Notes: generated by a model not told the origin, from the sequence alone. 64,000 bases of DNA from Octopus vulgaris (GCA_951406725.2 OX597831.1:8742001-8806000); one strand, 5' to 3'. Counted from the stretch's first letter, positions 41,669 to 58,566 are shown. Translations and numbers: made by a program.

Positions 41669-44600
41669 TGTGTATATATAGATATATACATACACACATT
41701 CGCTTATTTTATATAAATTGCATTTCAACTCCTACTGAAATTTAGTGGAGCAATATTTAAAGTGAATTTCAGTTTAAAGGTTTTAAAGGCGATTGGGTAT
41801 TTGTGTTTAGGTATTCTAAACGGAGACTGTGATTTTGGTGGTTGAGTTGACTCCAGTTGCAGATTCTGGCACCTTTGCTAGGCTTCGGAGTTGTGGGATA
41901 CAAAAAGGCATCTTTCCATAGTGAGAGGCAACTCAAGGGAATGTAAATGCACATAAGGAGGTGCAAAATCTCATTAAATATTGCTTATATCTATATTTTG
42001 TCAGTGTTGTTGAGTGGTTTACGAGTTAATCTATGAATTCTGTTAATACGGTTTTTGGTTTTTGTGCCGAAAATCATGGAATGCATAATCGCTAACTTCC
42101 TGTAAAGCAACTGTTTTAATGGAGGAGTCATCCGATGCGATGATCCCAAGAGTATTTCTTGAAACGCGTAGGCTGAGCATAATGAACCGTCACTCTAGAT
42201 ATAACTTCGAGCACAATGGCTCCCCTGTGATGATGTATGAATTTCTGCAGCCTTTCAAATCTGTAACATTGTTACAGAAGGTCGAAATGCATTAATAGTA
42301 TTCTGTCAATACTAATAACCAGCTGTTCAAATCTATTTCTCATAGCCAACCAACGTAGAAAGACTGGAACAAAGAAAGGGTTGACGTATCTTATTTTCAA
42401 ATTAGTACTATTGATATTCTTTGTAGTATTCAAAATACCACATTCCTGGCATTTTCCCACGATTTAATGCCCTTAGGGCTTCGGCTTCAGCTTATTGACT
42501 GCAGTGCTCCTGGCTGATTATGTTGAAGGTAACTGGACTCCAAGTTCAATCCCGTGATCAGCAAAGGCAACTAATCAGACAAGCTCATTAAATGTAATGG
42601 ATATGAATTTGTCTCACTGAGACTTTAACGCTAAAGCGTTTGTAAGTTATCTTGTAAAAATCTCCAGCGATGAGGACAGTTTGACAATATATCTGACTTT
42701 CAGTTAAAGATAATCGCAATTTTCTTTAGTATTAGCAACATCACCGTTACACAAAGCATGATATGTTCAAGTATACAGTTGCATTATTAACGATGTTCCA
42801 TGTTATTACAGAGTGTTCAGATAATTGCTTCCCGAATAAATTGGCGTATGTAAGTGGAGATTTGCTTATTCCTTAACCTGTAAAAATGAAGTTACTGGTA
42901 GTAACGACTACTAAAATCCATCTTAGAGATTCCCATGTAATTTCTTTGAATACTGCTTAGATGCTTAATGGGTGATATATATATATATATATATATATAT
43001 GAGACGCAGACACAGACGTTATGAGTGGGCTTCCTTCCTTCCTTCCTTCTCAACGTTTGAAAAATGTTTGATACGGTGGATATTACATTTTCAACCGTGT
43101 TTTACACGTTTATGTATGCCCCAGTTGACTTAGTTTTCAGAAAATTGTACTTTTAATTTTTAAAGTTCGTAAAGTCGATTAGAATACTGAAAAATGTCTG
43201 ATATAAAGTCTTATTCCTCTTCGGCCTCATGCTGATGAGCTGGTCTTCTCTAATATACTCTAAGAACTTTTCAATATATATATTTCTGCTTGCGAAGGTT
43301 GTGGTATCATGGAGGTACTGAAGTGGTAAGACACTCTCAAGAGATTTGAGCAACAGGTCTTCAGAGAAGACTTTCTCAGCGAAGTGTTTCGGCCCTTAAC
43401 TTATTACACTCTAAGGGAGTTGTGGTCATAAAAACTAGGTGCCCTTCAGCTGGTACTTTTTAGCCACTTGGAGACCTGTGCATTTACACAGTTGGAGTTC
43501 CTCTCTCTTGACTCATCTTTCAAAGTTATAAGTAAAGAAGAAGTGATTTGCCGTCATGGTAGCAGTGAAACACCAACGTTATCAAAATGACTCACTCAGA
43601 GTTACTTCCCTTTGCGCTAAAATGCAAAAATATTACCTTCTTCTTTATCAAATCCAACCGGCAGTTTCGAACGATTCTCCACTGTCTTCGAAACTACCTC
43701 CAGAGCCACGGTCACGCTCCTTACTTTGACCGGAAGTATTTTTATTTATATTTAAATGTATTGAAATAGAATACAGTCACCAAAGATATTTTGAATATTA
43801 AACGCTTTATATATCGCTGGATTCTCTCAAGGACAATGAGTGGTTACAATTACAGAAGTTCTACTGAGTTGATACATTTAATTTTGGGACTTGTTTAAGC
43901 GCAGATCCTGCTTTATTGAGATGACTTTCAGAGTAATTTCATTTTAGAATAGAAACATTGAGAATGATAAATTATTGTTTAAATCTGACAGTTTACGATT
44001 TCGTATTTCATGTAATTCGAATAACGAGATTTGTAATGCGTACGTCCATCATTCGTCGTTGGTTTCCTTTAGACAAATGTTCCGAATTCAATTTCCAATC
44101 ATTCGTTATTATTTCTCTAGAACACGAAGGAATTAACATTCGCGATTGTTTTACCCTTTTGCCACAAACGTGATGGTTAGGAAGTTCTTATATTACAGAA
44201 AGCGATATTGTTTCTTGCATTCAGTCCTCTTATAATAAAGATATCATTAAATATTTTACACATATACTGAATGTGTCAAGGGAGCCTTATTTCACCTTTC
44301 AAGATCATAAACACAATTTAAATAGCCAAATCCTGTATAAGATTGATTTACCCTACCAATTCTGACATAGATGGCACATGTAATAATACTCTGAATAAGA
44401 TTATACATACACATAAGGATGATTCTTCTTTATTTCCATGGAATAATATCCGAGCAGTAATATAGTTCTTCAGTTCTATCATAAAGGAAACGATATTGCA
44501 GTTTTCTACAATTTGATATTAGAGTCGATTAATGTGATATATCTGAGCGTCTATAATACAACGCTGTAAATTTCACTAAATAATTAGCTCGAATCCAAGA

Positions 44601-45049
44601 ATCAGATATTTATGTAAATTTCTCTTAATCGTGAGTCCAAAATTCAGTGTTTTGGATCAGAAACAGTGTAATATTCTGCTTCTCGTATGCAGGAAATCTA
44701 AATGCTGCTCTGAAATCGATGGTATTATATGCGTATAATCCTTGGTTGAACGAAGCTTTAAATACCCGGATATGTAAGGCAGACTATAGTAAACCAACAT
44801 CTTAACCACTCTATATCTCTTTTTCTCCCTGATTAACTTCAAACAGTTACCTCTCTCTGAGTTAATTGAAATACAGAAGGTGCACTTAACTCCGAATATT
44901 CGCAACACAAAAAACGAAATAATTCGGTTCCTGATCTTTCAATACAATAAAAACGTTTTAATATTTATTTACCTCACATGCGGTTTCCTTACTCCATTCT
45001 CTTTTATCAGACAAATCTTCTTCTCTCAATCTCATTACTGCTTTGTCAA

Positions 45050-45090
<41 letters not shown>

Positions 45091-45099
45091 TACACACAC

Positions 45100-45131
<32 letters not shown>

Positions 45132-45142
45132 TCAGTCACCCA

Positions 45143-45212
<70 letters not shown>

Positions 45213-45250
45213 CATACATACATATAATATAGACCTACCTACCTACCAAC

Positions 45251-45290
<40 letters not shown>

Positions 45291-45448
45291 CACACACACA
45301 TACTGTGTCTTTGGAATTGAATATAAGGAGGAACACTTGCATATATAAAACTGTATTTAATTATTTGCAAGTGTGTGTTTATGCATCTCATTACTGCTTT
45401 GTCAGTAATACACATACATACTTACATACATACATACATACACACGCG

Positions 45449-45505
<57 letters not shown>

Positions 45506-45925
45506 GTACGTATGTATGTATGTATGTATGTATGTATGTATGTATGTATGTATGTATGTATGTATGTATGTATGTATGTATTTAGGCATTTTGAATTGAT
45601 CCACTTGTAGAATCCTTTAAGCATTTTCTAGTTTGTCTTCGTATTATCGTAATCAGATGCACCAAATTCTTGGCATCAATAGGAACGATTAATTGAAACA
45701 TACTGCATTACCTTTTTTTTTTACATTTGTGCACTTACCTAAACAAACATCGTTTTTCTTGTAGCATACCGTGATACAAACCTGTAACAATGAAATAAAC
45801 CTCCGGTCGTTTTACGCTTATCGAACAAATTTCAAATTACGATACTAGCAATTCGCTTTATTGTTACAAATCTACTTTCACATTATGAGGAAATTCAAAC
45901 TCTTTTACTACGATTCTTTGAAGTC

Positions 45926-46596
<671 letters not shown>

Positions 46597-46664
46597 CACA
46601 TATATATATTTATATATATATATACACATATATATATATTTATATATATATATACACATATATA

Positions 46665-46725
<61 letters not shown>

Positions 46726-46894
46726 ACATACATATATACATACATATATATATGTGTATATATGTATATATATATATATACATATATATGTGTATATATA
46801 CATATCCATACATATATATATATATATATGTATACACACATACATGCATACATACATATATATATACATATATATATATCTTTTTTTATTATTT

Positions 46895-47118
46895 TATTCT
46901 TTTACTTGTTTCAGTTATTTGACTGCGGCCATGTTGGAACACCGCATTTAGTCAAACAAATCGACCCTAGGACTTATTCCTTGTAAGCCTAGTACTTATT
47001 CTTTTGGTATCTCTTGCCGAACCTCTAACTTACGGGTACATAAATACATCAGCATTGGTTGTCAAGCGATGGTGGGTGGGAGCAAACACAAAGACATACA
47101 CGCATAAATATATACCTA

Positions 47119-47152
<34 letters not shown>

Positions 47153-47195
47153 AGGGGGTTCTTTCAGTGTCCATCTACCCAATCTACTCACAGGT
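46895..47195 (-). mobile_element. SINE family C, 3' portion
   Basis: tttacttgtttcagt..gactgcggccatg..ggttgtcaagc. Confidence 0.8.
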
Positions 47196-47269
47196 CATCT
47201 CAGAGAGAACGAATATATGCATAGAATGAAATATAGTTATTTTGGATAAGATAAATAATTGCATGAGAA

Positions 47270-47545
47270 AGTAACGTATTGGTTAGGTTGTTGCACCCAT
47301 GATCGTAAGAGTGGGGTTTCGATTCCTGGACTAGGTGACACGTATTTAAAAAAAAATTCTTTCGTTAGCCCAGCTCTTCATTTCACGTTGCTCCAACCCA
47401 CCCTTCTAATAATAGGTCCCAGAAAGAGCTGGGGTATTAACTCTCACCGACCCGCGTTGCGTTCAGAATGGGGAGCTGTGATCTTGGTTACATAAACGCC
47501 ACGGAAAACGGGTTAAGAACCGGTCTTTGGGTTCGCGAGAAACTT
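47270..47545 (+). mobile_element. Decayed SINE family D
   Basis: B box ggtttcgattcc; tttcacgttgctcca. Confidence 0.6.
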
Positions 47546-48061
47546 AAGATTATTATATATGGATTTGCCTATTAACGGATTACAGAAATACTTCAACAAC
47601 AATCGCAACTACATCTGCCGATACTGCTGCAACATAATTAGCAGTAATTGTCACAGAAATAACAACAGCAAACGACACACCAAGAATTGTTGCGAAAACT
47701 ATATGAACCGTAGTAACATTTGAATTCACATTAGCAACAACAGCGGTAAATTCTGCACAAAACAATAGCAACAACAGCAGTAGTTACTTCAATATAACGA
47801 ACAATGAAATTCTGTTGCAACACTGATCGCAACAACAGCAGCAGCGATTAGTGCAAACGCCAGAAAAGAAAAATAGCGACTTTTGCAACAGTAATGGGAA
47901 CAAGAACAGCTGATTCGACAACTACAATAGCAAAAACAACAGTAATGGTTACCACAATAACAACAACAGCAATAGTTAATAGCTAAATTCAAATCAAGAT
48001 CCATCCCCACTCCCATTATTGTAAAGAAAGGAAATGCTTTCATAAATATAAGATGGACGAC

Positions 48062-48135
<74 letters not shown>

Positions 48136-48216
48136 CAAATACATAAAATATACCTGGAACGCTTTTTTTTAATCAAAGATTTGCTTGATCAAAGCTGAGC
48201 TGGGCATAAGAGAAAA

Positions 48217-48642
48217 TGAAGACGAAGAAGAAGAAGAAGAAGAAGAAGAAGAAGAAGAAGAAGAAGAAGAAGAAGAAGAAGAAGAAGAAGAAGAAGAAGA
48301 AGGAGAAGAAGAAGAAGGAGAAGAAGGAGAAGAAGGAGAAAAAGAAGGAGAAGGAGAAGGAGAAGAAGGAGAAGAAGAAGAAGAAGAAGAAGGAGAAGAA
48401 GGAGAAAAAGAAGGAGAAGGAGAAGGAGAAGAAGGAGAAGAAGAAGAAGAAGGAGAAGAAGAAGAAGAAGGAGAAGAAGAAGGAGAAGAAGGAGAAGGAG
48501 AAGAAGGAGAAGAAGGAGAAGGAGAAGAAGGAGAAGAAGAAGAAGACGAAGAAGAAGAAGACGAAGAAGAAGAAGAAGAAGAAGAACAACAACAACAACG
48601 ACGACGATGACGATAAAAGCAACAGCAACAACAACAACGATG
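48217..48642. repeat. Compound (GAA/GGA)n trinucleotide tract grading into (CAA/CGA)n
   Basis: Direct reading; source of the poly-E/K/S/L ORFs. Confidence 0.95.
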
Positions 48643-48896
48643 AAAGTCATATAACACTAGCAAAATAAAGCAAGAAAAAATGATCTGAAAGAATATGGCC
48701 AAAAAATTAGGAATAACAATAACAGAATTATGCAATAAATAATTCTTCGGTAGATAAAAGATGGAATATATATATATATATATATATATGTCCATCTATC
48801 TCCCTACCAAACTACCTATCTGCCTACTTGCCTACCTACCTACTTACATACCTATCTACCTACCGACCTTCCTATCTACCAAACCCCCTCTCTCTT

Positions 48897-48932
<36 letters not shown>

Positions 48933-49639
48933 CACTCTCCTTACAAGAAACCACGTAATGTACAGGAGGAGCTTTCTAAAACAAGGAAAACACAATTCAA
49001 TTTGGTATATTTGCTTTGCAATTATCTAGAGTTTTGTGCCTAATAAAACCAAATAAATAGATAAGACAGAAGAAATTGTAACAAAGAGAGAGAGAGAGAG
49101 AGAGAGATGGAAGGCCGCGAGTGTTTTTGGGGATGGGCAAGATGAACCCCATCGACCCGGCTGCTTGATCGGTACTTTCGTTATCGATCTGAGCAGAATG
49201 AAGAGCCAAGCCGACATCGTTGCAATATTATATGAACAGGAATCGATGCATTAGCCTCTACCGTAAATTATCGTATTTTATCTATTAGATTTATTAATAT
49301 ACAGAGATCAATATATCAATAGCAATTCTATATAGCAACACATACGTACTCGCATGCACACACACAAACACGCACACACACACACATTCATATACACAAA
49401 CACGCGCGTACACACAAACATATGTGTGTGTATTTATGTATAAATATAAATATATATATATATATATATATATTCATATATGGTAACATATAAATATCGA
49501 TATAACTATGTATATATGTATGGATATATCTATGTGTGCGTGTGTGTGTGTATATTTATATAAATGTATGTATACACATTTATATATATATATAATATAG
49601 TTTTATTCTTTTCATTTTTTCAGTCATTTGACTGCGGTC

Positions 49640-49690
<51 letters not shown>

Positions 49691-49700
49691 CGCGTGTGTT

Positions 49701-49741
<41 letters not shown>

Positions 49742-49776
49742 TTACGCACACACTCATACATATGTATGCATGTATG

Positions 49777-49823
<47 letters not shown>

Positions 49824-50158
49824 GCTCATACGCGTATAAAAGATAAAAAGCTATATACATCACATGAGAAACATTAAATAAGTGAGTGTATATACTCTCG
49901 TTCAATTGCACCCTCTGTCTTTCTTTTGTGTATACACACGTACTCATACGCACCTATGTGCGCGCGCACAAATTGAGGGAGAGTGAATATGCGAGAGACT
50001 CAAAAACATTGTAAACATCGTATTGAAATAAAAATAAATAAACGATATATTTCCATTGAAGATATTATTTTTATTCTAAATTAATTACATTAAAACTTCC
50101 ATAACCTTCAAACTAAGTGTTATTACACACACACACACACACACGCATGTATGTACAT

Positions 50159-50192
<34 letters not shown>

Positions 50193-50199
50193 TACATAT

Positions 50200-50239
<40 letters not shown>

Positions 50240-50293
50240 CACATATATACATATACACACATACATACATATACACACATACATATATATATA

Positions 50294-50347
<54 letters not shown>

Positions 50348-50416
50348 CATATACACACATACATACATATATATATATGCATGATATATTATTCTCCATT
50401 CACATACACACACAGA

Positions 50417-50506
<90 letters not shown>

Positions 50507-51143
50507 CGTCTGTAAATGTAACTTTTATAAGTTTTCATACAGTGTTTAAGAATATTTAATATGAAAGTCGTTTCGAAGAAATTTACACATGCTGTTAGAT
50601 TTATTCAACGCTCTTGTTTTTATCGTTTAACATAAATCTGATTCTAGTTCCTTTCCTTATAATTTCTCTCATATAATAAAAGGCGCAAAGTGAAAACTAT
50701 AAAGTTTCGTACATAGCTTTGAGACATGCCTAAAGACTTGAAAGTTTTGATTCAATATCTTTTTAATCCTATTCACAATCAATTAAAACAAGGTAATGTT
50801 TTAATCCTCTAATAATACTATTATAATCCTGTTCCTCAAAGCATAATTGTTCCGTTTAATACAGCAAAGATTTCGTATTCAACGATCGTAGGTTTTTAAC
50901 ATTAGACTAACCTGACGTGCTAGAAATAGTAATCAAACTCGGACATCATCGGAAACTCATCCTGGTTTTATATTCTGCCAGCTTCCTGTTATTAATTATT
51001 CTACATTAAAAGTTTACATGAAAATTTCGTCTCGATTTATGTTTCAAGCGTGAAAACGAATTTGCTGTCTGTTTATAATCAGCTAATTTAGTCATCCATT
51101 ATGAATCTCCTGCATGTATATATATATACTTTTTATTATTAAT

Positions 51144-51677
<534 letters not shown>

Positions 51678-51689
51678 TTATGTAGGTAT

Positions 51690-52500
51690 GTCTCTTCGGT
51701 ATCCAAAGAAGGAGCTGGTTTGTAACAAAGATACAAAGTTCCATCTTTGGAATGTAGATAACGAAAACAATGTCACATTTTAAACCTGAGAAAAGTCTTG
51801 CATAGTTTTACTGTTCCGCTTACTGATTGTATATGTAACGTCCAAATCAGTTGATTTCTTTTTCTGAAAATCCAAGCTTATCCAGATGGACAGTTAGGCA
51901 TTTACTTACAAAACCAAGTGCGCTAGTTATTATTGGTATAAATGTAAATTTGTAATCCAGATATAGATGCTGGAGGTTTCCAAGCAGTTGTCCATAGTTA
52001 TCTCCGTTCTCTTTGAATTTCAAAGAGATACTCACATCAGAAGGACAGCTGACCTCTATGACGCTACATACTTTTTCTTGTCTGTCCAAATAACAATATC
52101 CGGCACGTTATGCTTACACTTGGCACATGTTTTGATGGGAATGTTCCACCAGTACTGCTATTTGTGTATGTATTGAAGAACAGCGGGGATTCTCTATATT
52201 TATTCGTGGTCAGTCATTTTTCTTCGAACGGCATTGTATATTGTTTCTGCGACGACGTCATGTCGCAGAGAGAGGTAGTAGCTTGATGACATTCTTGGCC
52301 AGCTGCTAATCACGTGTGTGCTCTCCTCCGCAGGAATATGACATAACCTACATTGACGCTTGCACCTTGTAGCTTCAACGGCTTCACCGTCTCTTTTCTT
52401 CATTAGATATTTAGAAGCAATCTCTTGTTCTTGAATGGCAAATGTGTAACCTTCTAAGTGTGATATGATGTAGTAGTCAAGAGTTCATGTCAGTGTTACT
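51690..52500 (-). mobile_element. RLE-LINE 3' fragment
   Basis: CRLCHIPAEESTHVISSW..RHDVVA; VIEVSCPSD..YKFTFIPIITSALGFVSK. Confidence 0.85.
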
Positions 52501-52680
52501 ATCTTCTTCAAGTCAGTCTACTAGCAATATACCTATAAAAGGTATATTTTTGGTATGCTGAGCGTTTCACCTCTAGATCTTCTTTCCGCTAAGTTACAAG
52601 GACGTAAACACACCAACATCGGTTGTCAAGCGGTGGTAGGGAACAAACACACACACAAAGACACATACACATACACACTC

Positions 52681-52723
<43 letters not shown>

Positions 52724-52724
52724 T

Positions 52725-53380
52725 AAATTTGATATGAAAGTACAGGTCTCTGAAGCTGCCATTCTTATCACTTTCTTGTATGGCTTGAAATCTTGGACAC
52801 CCTATATGTGATACAATGACCAACTAGACATCTTCCACAAAGGCTGGCTCAGGAAAATCTGCGGTTATTCACTAAAAGACAGTGTCTAATATGTCTAATC
52901 TCGACTTATTTTGCAAGTGTAAGATCGTGGAATTGAGAGCTACTTTGTGCTGTCGCAAATTCGCTGTGTTGGCCTTGTCATCAGAATGAGTAACGGAAGA
53001 ATATCCAAAGTCCTCATGTACAGCCAGCTTGATTGTGGGCACAGGAATGTTGGTCGAGCATGGCACACACAACAGACTAAGCTGAAGAGTAATCTCTTAG
53101 CAGTCAATATAGATCACAACACCTTTGAGCAAATAGCCCTCAAGTGAAAAATATGGAGAAAACCACGTCAAAATGGTAGAAGAGATTCGTTTGAACCAGC
53201 ATTAAACAAACGTAGGCAGAGTGGAAAAGCGGCTGCGAATGTACTGCCTGCACTGACCTGTAAACGTCTGGAGGTTTCTTTGCAAATCGTTGGCGACTCA
53301 TATTCGACATAAGCATTATGACTGAGAAAATGTAGGTTGTCGGATCCTCATACGTCCAAAGTGAACGGAATGTCCATCGT
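52725..53380 (+). mobile_element. RTE (BovB-like) LINE 3' fragment
   Basis: FLYGLKSWT; FHKGWLRKICG; QIRCVGLVIRMSNGRISKVLMYSQL..GHRNVGR; LKSNL..IDHNTFEQIA. Confidence 0.75.
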
Positions 53381-53383
53381 GTG

Positions 53384-53437
<54 letters not shown>

Positions 53438-53577
53438 TTTCAAATTTCCGCACTAAGGCACGGATTTTAGGCCCCATGGTCGTAACCTCAACCGTGCTTT
53501 TTCTGTTGTGATTTTTGCTACCCAGGTATCGGTTATCATTTGAATTATCCGTAATAAGATAATTCATTTATCTACTT

Positions 53578-53627
<50 letters not shown>

Positions 53628-53629
<2 letters not shown>

Positions 53630-53820
53630 CGGGAAGGTTTACGAAAATAAACAAAATACGAAGGCAGGTGGAGTACAAACAAACAAATGTATTAGTATGG
53701 CGCTCAGGAATAGAAATAGAACAAGTCTTTTACGTTTCGAGCCTACGCTCTTCAACAGAAAGATACACAGAAAAGAAACAAGGAGAGAAAAAAATGCGTG
53801 TAGGAGCTAACGGTCTATCA
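53628..53820 (-). mobile_element. Penelope-like pLTR fragment adjoining (TA)n
   Basis: Contains a minimal hammerhead motif; T-rich minus strand running into (TA)n. Confidence 0.6.
53726..53763 (-). ncRNA. Minimal type I hammerhead ribozyme motif with variant core CUGUUGA
   Basis: Minus strand ucuuu-CUGUUGA-a-gagc(guag)gcuc-GAA-ACGU-A-aaaga: stem I ucuuu/aaaga, stem II gagc/gcuc, palindromic ACGU stem III, GUA cleavage triplet. Confidence 0.7.
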
Positions 53821-53843
53821 TATATGTATATCATTATGTATAT

Positions 53844-54007
53844 ACGACGGGCTTCTTTCAGTTTCCGTCTTCCAAATTCACTCATTAGGCTTTGGGCGAC
53901 CCGAGGCTATAGTAGAAGATACTTAGCTAAGGTGCCACCCAGTGGGAGTGAACACGGAACCATGTGGCTGGGAAGCAAACTTATTACCCCACGGACACGG
54001 CTGCGCG
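53844..54007 (-). mobile_element. SINE family C, 5' half
   Basis: ggcttctttcagtttccgtct..ggaaccatgtgg on the plus strand. Confidence 0.8.
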
Positions 54008-54094
54008 TGTATATATACATACATACACACACACATATATATATATATATATATTTATACGCACACATATATACATACATAAATACATACATGT

Positions 54095-54140
<46 letters not shown>

Positions 54141-54285
54141 ATACACACACATATATCAAATATGTTTGTGCGTGTCTGTGTGTGTGAGAGAGATTCCCTC
54201 CTGCTCTCTGTATACATGGCCACAGTTTTGGGCCGAAACAGATTAAAGAATAAAAGAATATACATATATATTTTATGAAAAACAG

Positions 54286-54335
<50 letters not shown>

Positions 54336-54560
54336 GCACAGACACACCATAAATATGTATGGATATATCCAACGCTGATCTGTCCTTATGGACGAGTGAT
54401 TCCAAAACTGATTTTCTCTTGTGGATTAAAGTTGATAGCTTAAACTGCGATTCTTATTTCCATAACTCTGAGCAAATATTTAAATTATTACCAGGATAAA
54501 CGACTTGAAAGGAAAAGCAATTTCACAAAAACAAAAAGTACATTTTCTGCTTCTGCCTTC

Positions 54561-55045
<485 letters not shown>

Positions 55046-55705
55046 TATATTATCGTAGAAGTACATATCCTTTACATGTATGTATACATACAGACAATTC
55101 GACAACATTATACATTGTAAAAATGTAAGACTGCAAGTGTGACGTTAAAATCCACGTGATTTATTGAGAATATAGCGAAACCAATTTTGAAACAATTAAG
55201 CTATTGTAGGCTTACCCATATTTCTATATATTTACATACATATAGACATATATATATATATACTTATATATAATGTAGATGATGGCATTAATTCTTCATG
55301 CCCTGCCAACATTGATGGACGTTTTAATCATTCTTTTTGAATGAATTTTGCCATTAGTTATGGATTGAGAACTTTTCTATGAGTTCCCTCTGGTTTTAGA
55401 ATCTTGAATCGGCGCATTCATTCGATTACTTGATAAAATACACAGATCATACTTCAATGCTTAAATACAACGTTATTTACTTATACATAGATGCACACGC
55501 ATACACGGGCGCATGCGCGTGCTCACACACAGACATACATTTATGTAGGTTTCAGGCATGGCTGTCTGGTAAGGAGTTTGCTTTCCTATCACATGTTTGC
55601 GTTTTCAGTCTAAGTAGATCTGTTTCTATAGCCTCGGACAGACCTAAATATTGTGAGTGGAGTTGGTAGAAGGAAACTAAAGGAAGCTCACTATAGGTAT
55701 GTATG

Positions 55706-56964
55706 TGTATGATCGAAATTGCAATGGTCAAACTTGATAAAATGTGTTTTATCTTTCGACATATCCTCCCCTGCCGTCCATGCATTTCTTCCAAGTGTGA
55801 TGCAGCGCTTGGATTCCCGTGGTATAGAAGCCGTCATCCTGATCCTCAAAAAAGTCCTCAACAGCAGATATTACCTCATCATCAGTCCGATACTGCTTCC
55901 TAGCCAAGTGTTTTTTCATGTTGGGGAACAGAAAATAGTCAGATGGTGCCAAACCAAGAGAATATGGAGGGTGATAACCCAGTTGAAAGCCACAGTCGTA
56001 CACAGCAGCCATTGCAACCACAGACTTGTGTGCAGGGGCATTGTCTTAGTGAAGCAGGACCTCCTCCGTCAGTTTTCCAGGCCGTTTTGAATCGATTGCC
56101 TTTCACAGCCGCCTCAGCAAGTTGGCATAGTATTCTCTATTGATATTATGGACTTTCTGAAGGTAGTCAATGAACGCAGTACCTTTGCATTCCAAAAGAT
56201 GGAGGCCATCACCTTCCCTCCCGATCACACCACCTTGGTTTTCTTTAGTGAGGGAGAAGACGAGTGTTTCTACTGCATAGACTACCGTCTGGTCTTTAGC
56301 TCAAAATGGTGAACCCAACATTCATCTTGGGTGAGGAAACGTTCAAGAAAACCGGCTGGATTTGCTTCAAAAGGTGTCAAGTTCGCCTGCGATATGACCA
56401 GCCTAGTGTGCTTTTGATCAAGCATCAGAAGTCGCGGCACCCACCGAGCGGAAACCTTTGATATGCCAAGTTCGTTATGCAGAATATTCTCAACTCGTTC
56501 ATGGGAGATGCCTACAGGTTCAGCTATCTGATTAACATTTAAATGTCGGTTATCCATCGCCATGTGGTGAGCACGTGCGATGTTTTCTTGGGTGGTGGCC
56601 GTGGCAGGACGTCCGAACCTTGGATCATCTTCAAGACTCTCTTTAGCCCTCTTGAATTCAGCTACCTTCTTTTGCACAGTTGATAAAATGCTGGAACATC
56701 ATCCTGTAATGTAGCAACCATTTCAGCACGAATGTCCTTGGGGGTTAACACCATTTTCTGCAGAGCCAAATTTTATCCATTTTCACAAAATGTTTCTCAT
56801 ACCATTTTACAAGTCCTCTATTCTGTATCCAATGTAGGTTTATCTAGAAAAGAAAAACATGCAGTTAACATCAGTAAAGGGTGAATTTAATGAATGCCAA
56901 GTTTAATTACTGTATTATAATAACTCCTTCTCAGTCAGCCTATGAACCTTTCAGCCCACCCTCC
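55706..56964 (-). mobile_element. Decayed mariner transposon (transposase pseudogene)
   Basis: EDDPRFGRP, SARWVPRLL, FLTQDECWVHHF, HPPYSLGLAPSDYFLF; 5' TIR ta|ggagggtgggctgaaaggttcataggctgac with TA at 56965-56966; stops and frameshifts; other TIR not found, a SINE C remnant lies at ~55553-55705. Confidence 0.9.
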
Positions 56965-57048
56965 TATAATGCATATTTATATATAACTTCATGTTCAATT
57001 CCACAAGAGTAATTACGTGCACACACATTTGTATATACATATGTATAC

Positions 57049-57131
<83 letters not shown>

Positions 57132-57322
57132 AAAACCTTATTACAAACAACCTCGTTATATATGTATAGATAATATAAATACATAAACTTTTTTATGTGT
57201 TTATGTTTGTATCTTTGTGTGTATGTACATATATGTATGTATATATATATATATATGTATATATATGTATATATATATATGTATATATATATATGTATAT
57301 ATATATATACATATATATATAT

Positions 57323-57357
<35 letters not shown>

Positions 57358-57405
57358 GTATGTATATATATATATGTATATATATATATGTATATATATA
57401 TATGC

Positions 57406-57445
<40 letters not shown>

Positions 57446-58149
57446 GTGTACCCAAAAATTCATTGACATGCACAAACACACACACGTACATACCGAGCTT
57501 GTTTGTAAGAATAAGCTTTCCATATATTTGGAAAAAAGTTACTGAACAAAAAAAGACAAAAAATAAAGAGGAAAAAATGAAAAAAAAAAAAAGGATTATG
57601 GCTCTTAGGCAGTCGTAAATAAATTTATGCGAGAGTAAGAATCTATCGATAGATATACACACACATGAATGTGTGTTTGCGAACCTGTGTATGTGTTTGT
57701 GTGTGTGTATGTGTGTGTGTGGAGGGGGATTCACAAACAGATAAATAGATGTTTCCGAGTTAATAGCCAAACCATTTGGTGATTACTTATTTTAAATGTC
57801 ACGTCAATAAAAGAATATAAAAAAAAACAGAAACATTTTTGAGAAAGGAAAAATACATTCCAGTCCATTACCGCAGTGCCATCTAAACAATGAAACAAGG
57901 GAAAATCGAAAAATCCTTACAACTAAATGTAGGAAAAATATTAAATTATGAACATTAAGGAATTTATAAGATTTCCCGAATAGATTTTAACGGATAAAAA
58001 CGTTGGAAATGGTTCTGAATCACGTGATTTTACACATATTATATGCTGCTCATGCATGTATGAAAATATACCTACATATGTCATAATGCATTTAACACGC
58101 GTACTCACAGACACACACAGCATACATATACATACATACATACATACAA

Positions 58150-58202
<53 letters not shown>

Positions 58203-58566
58203 TGTACATGCTCACATATGCAAGATGTATATAATGCTGTATATTGTCCAATATATAATACATAGGTATATGTTTGTATGAATGTATGTATATATGTATG
58301 TCACTTTCTATCTATACACATGCACACATATGTATACACATATACATACACATGGAGGCACATGTCAACATACGTACATGAATATAAGCATGCATGCACA
58401 CATTCATCAATCCATCTATCCATCCGATTATCCATACATATGCGCATGCATACTTACCTCCATACACATGCCCCCCCACACACACATTTATATTTATACA
58501 TAAATACATACTTATAAATACATACATACATACACATATATATATATATACATACATATTTATATA

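Noticed and set aside
42136-42175. Hammerhead-like gcgatga..aaga/tctt-GAAACGCGTA
   Set aside because: CUGA box is broken and there is no stem I
41760-43700. GC-richer unique stretch that might hold exons or LTR-element remnants
   Set aside because: No recognisable domain or consistent open frame with splice sites
48169-48795. Poly-Glu/Lys/Ser/Leu ORFs
   Set aside because: Open in several frames on both strands because of the GAA repeat; no supporting exon context
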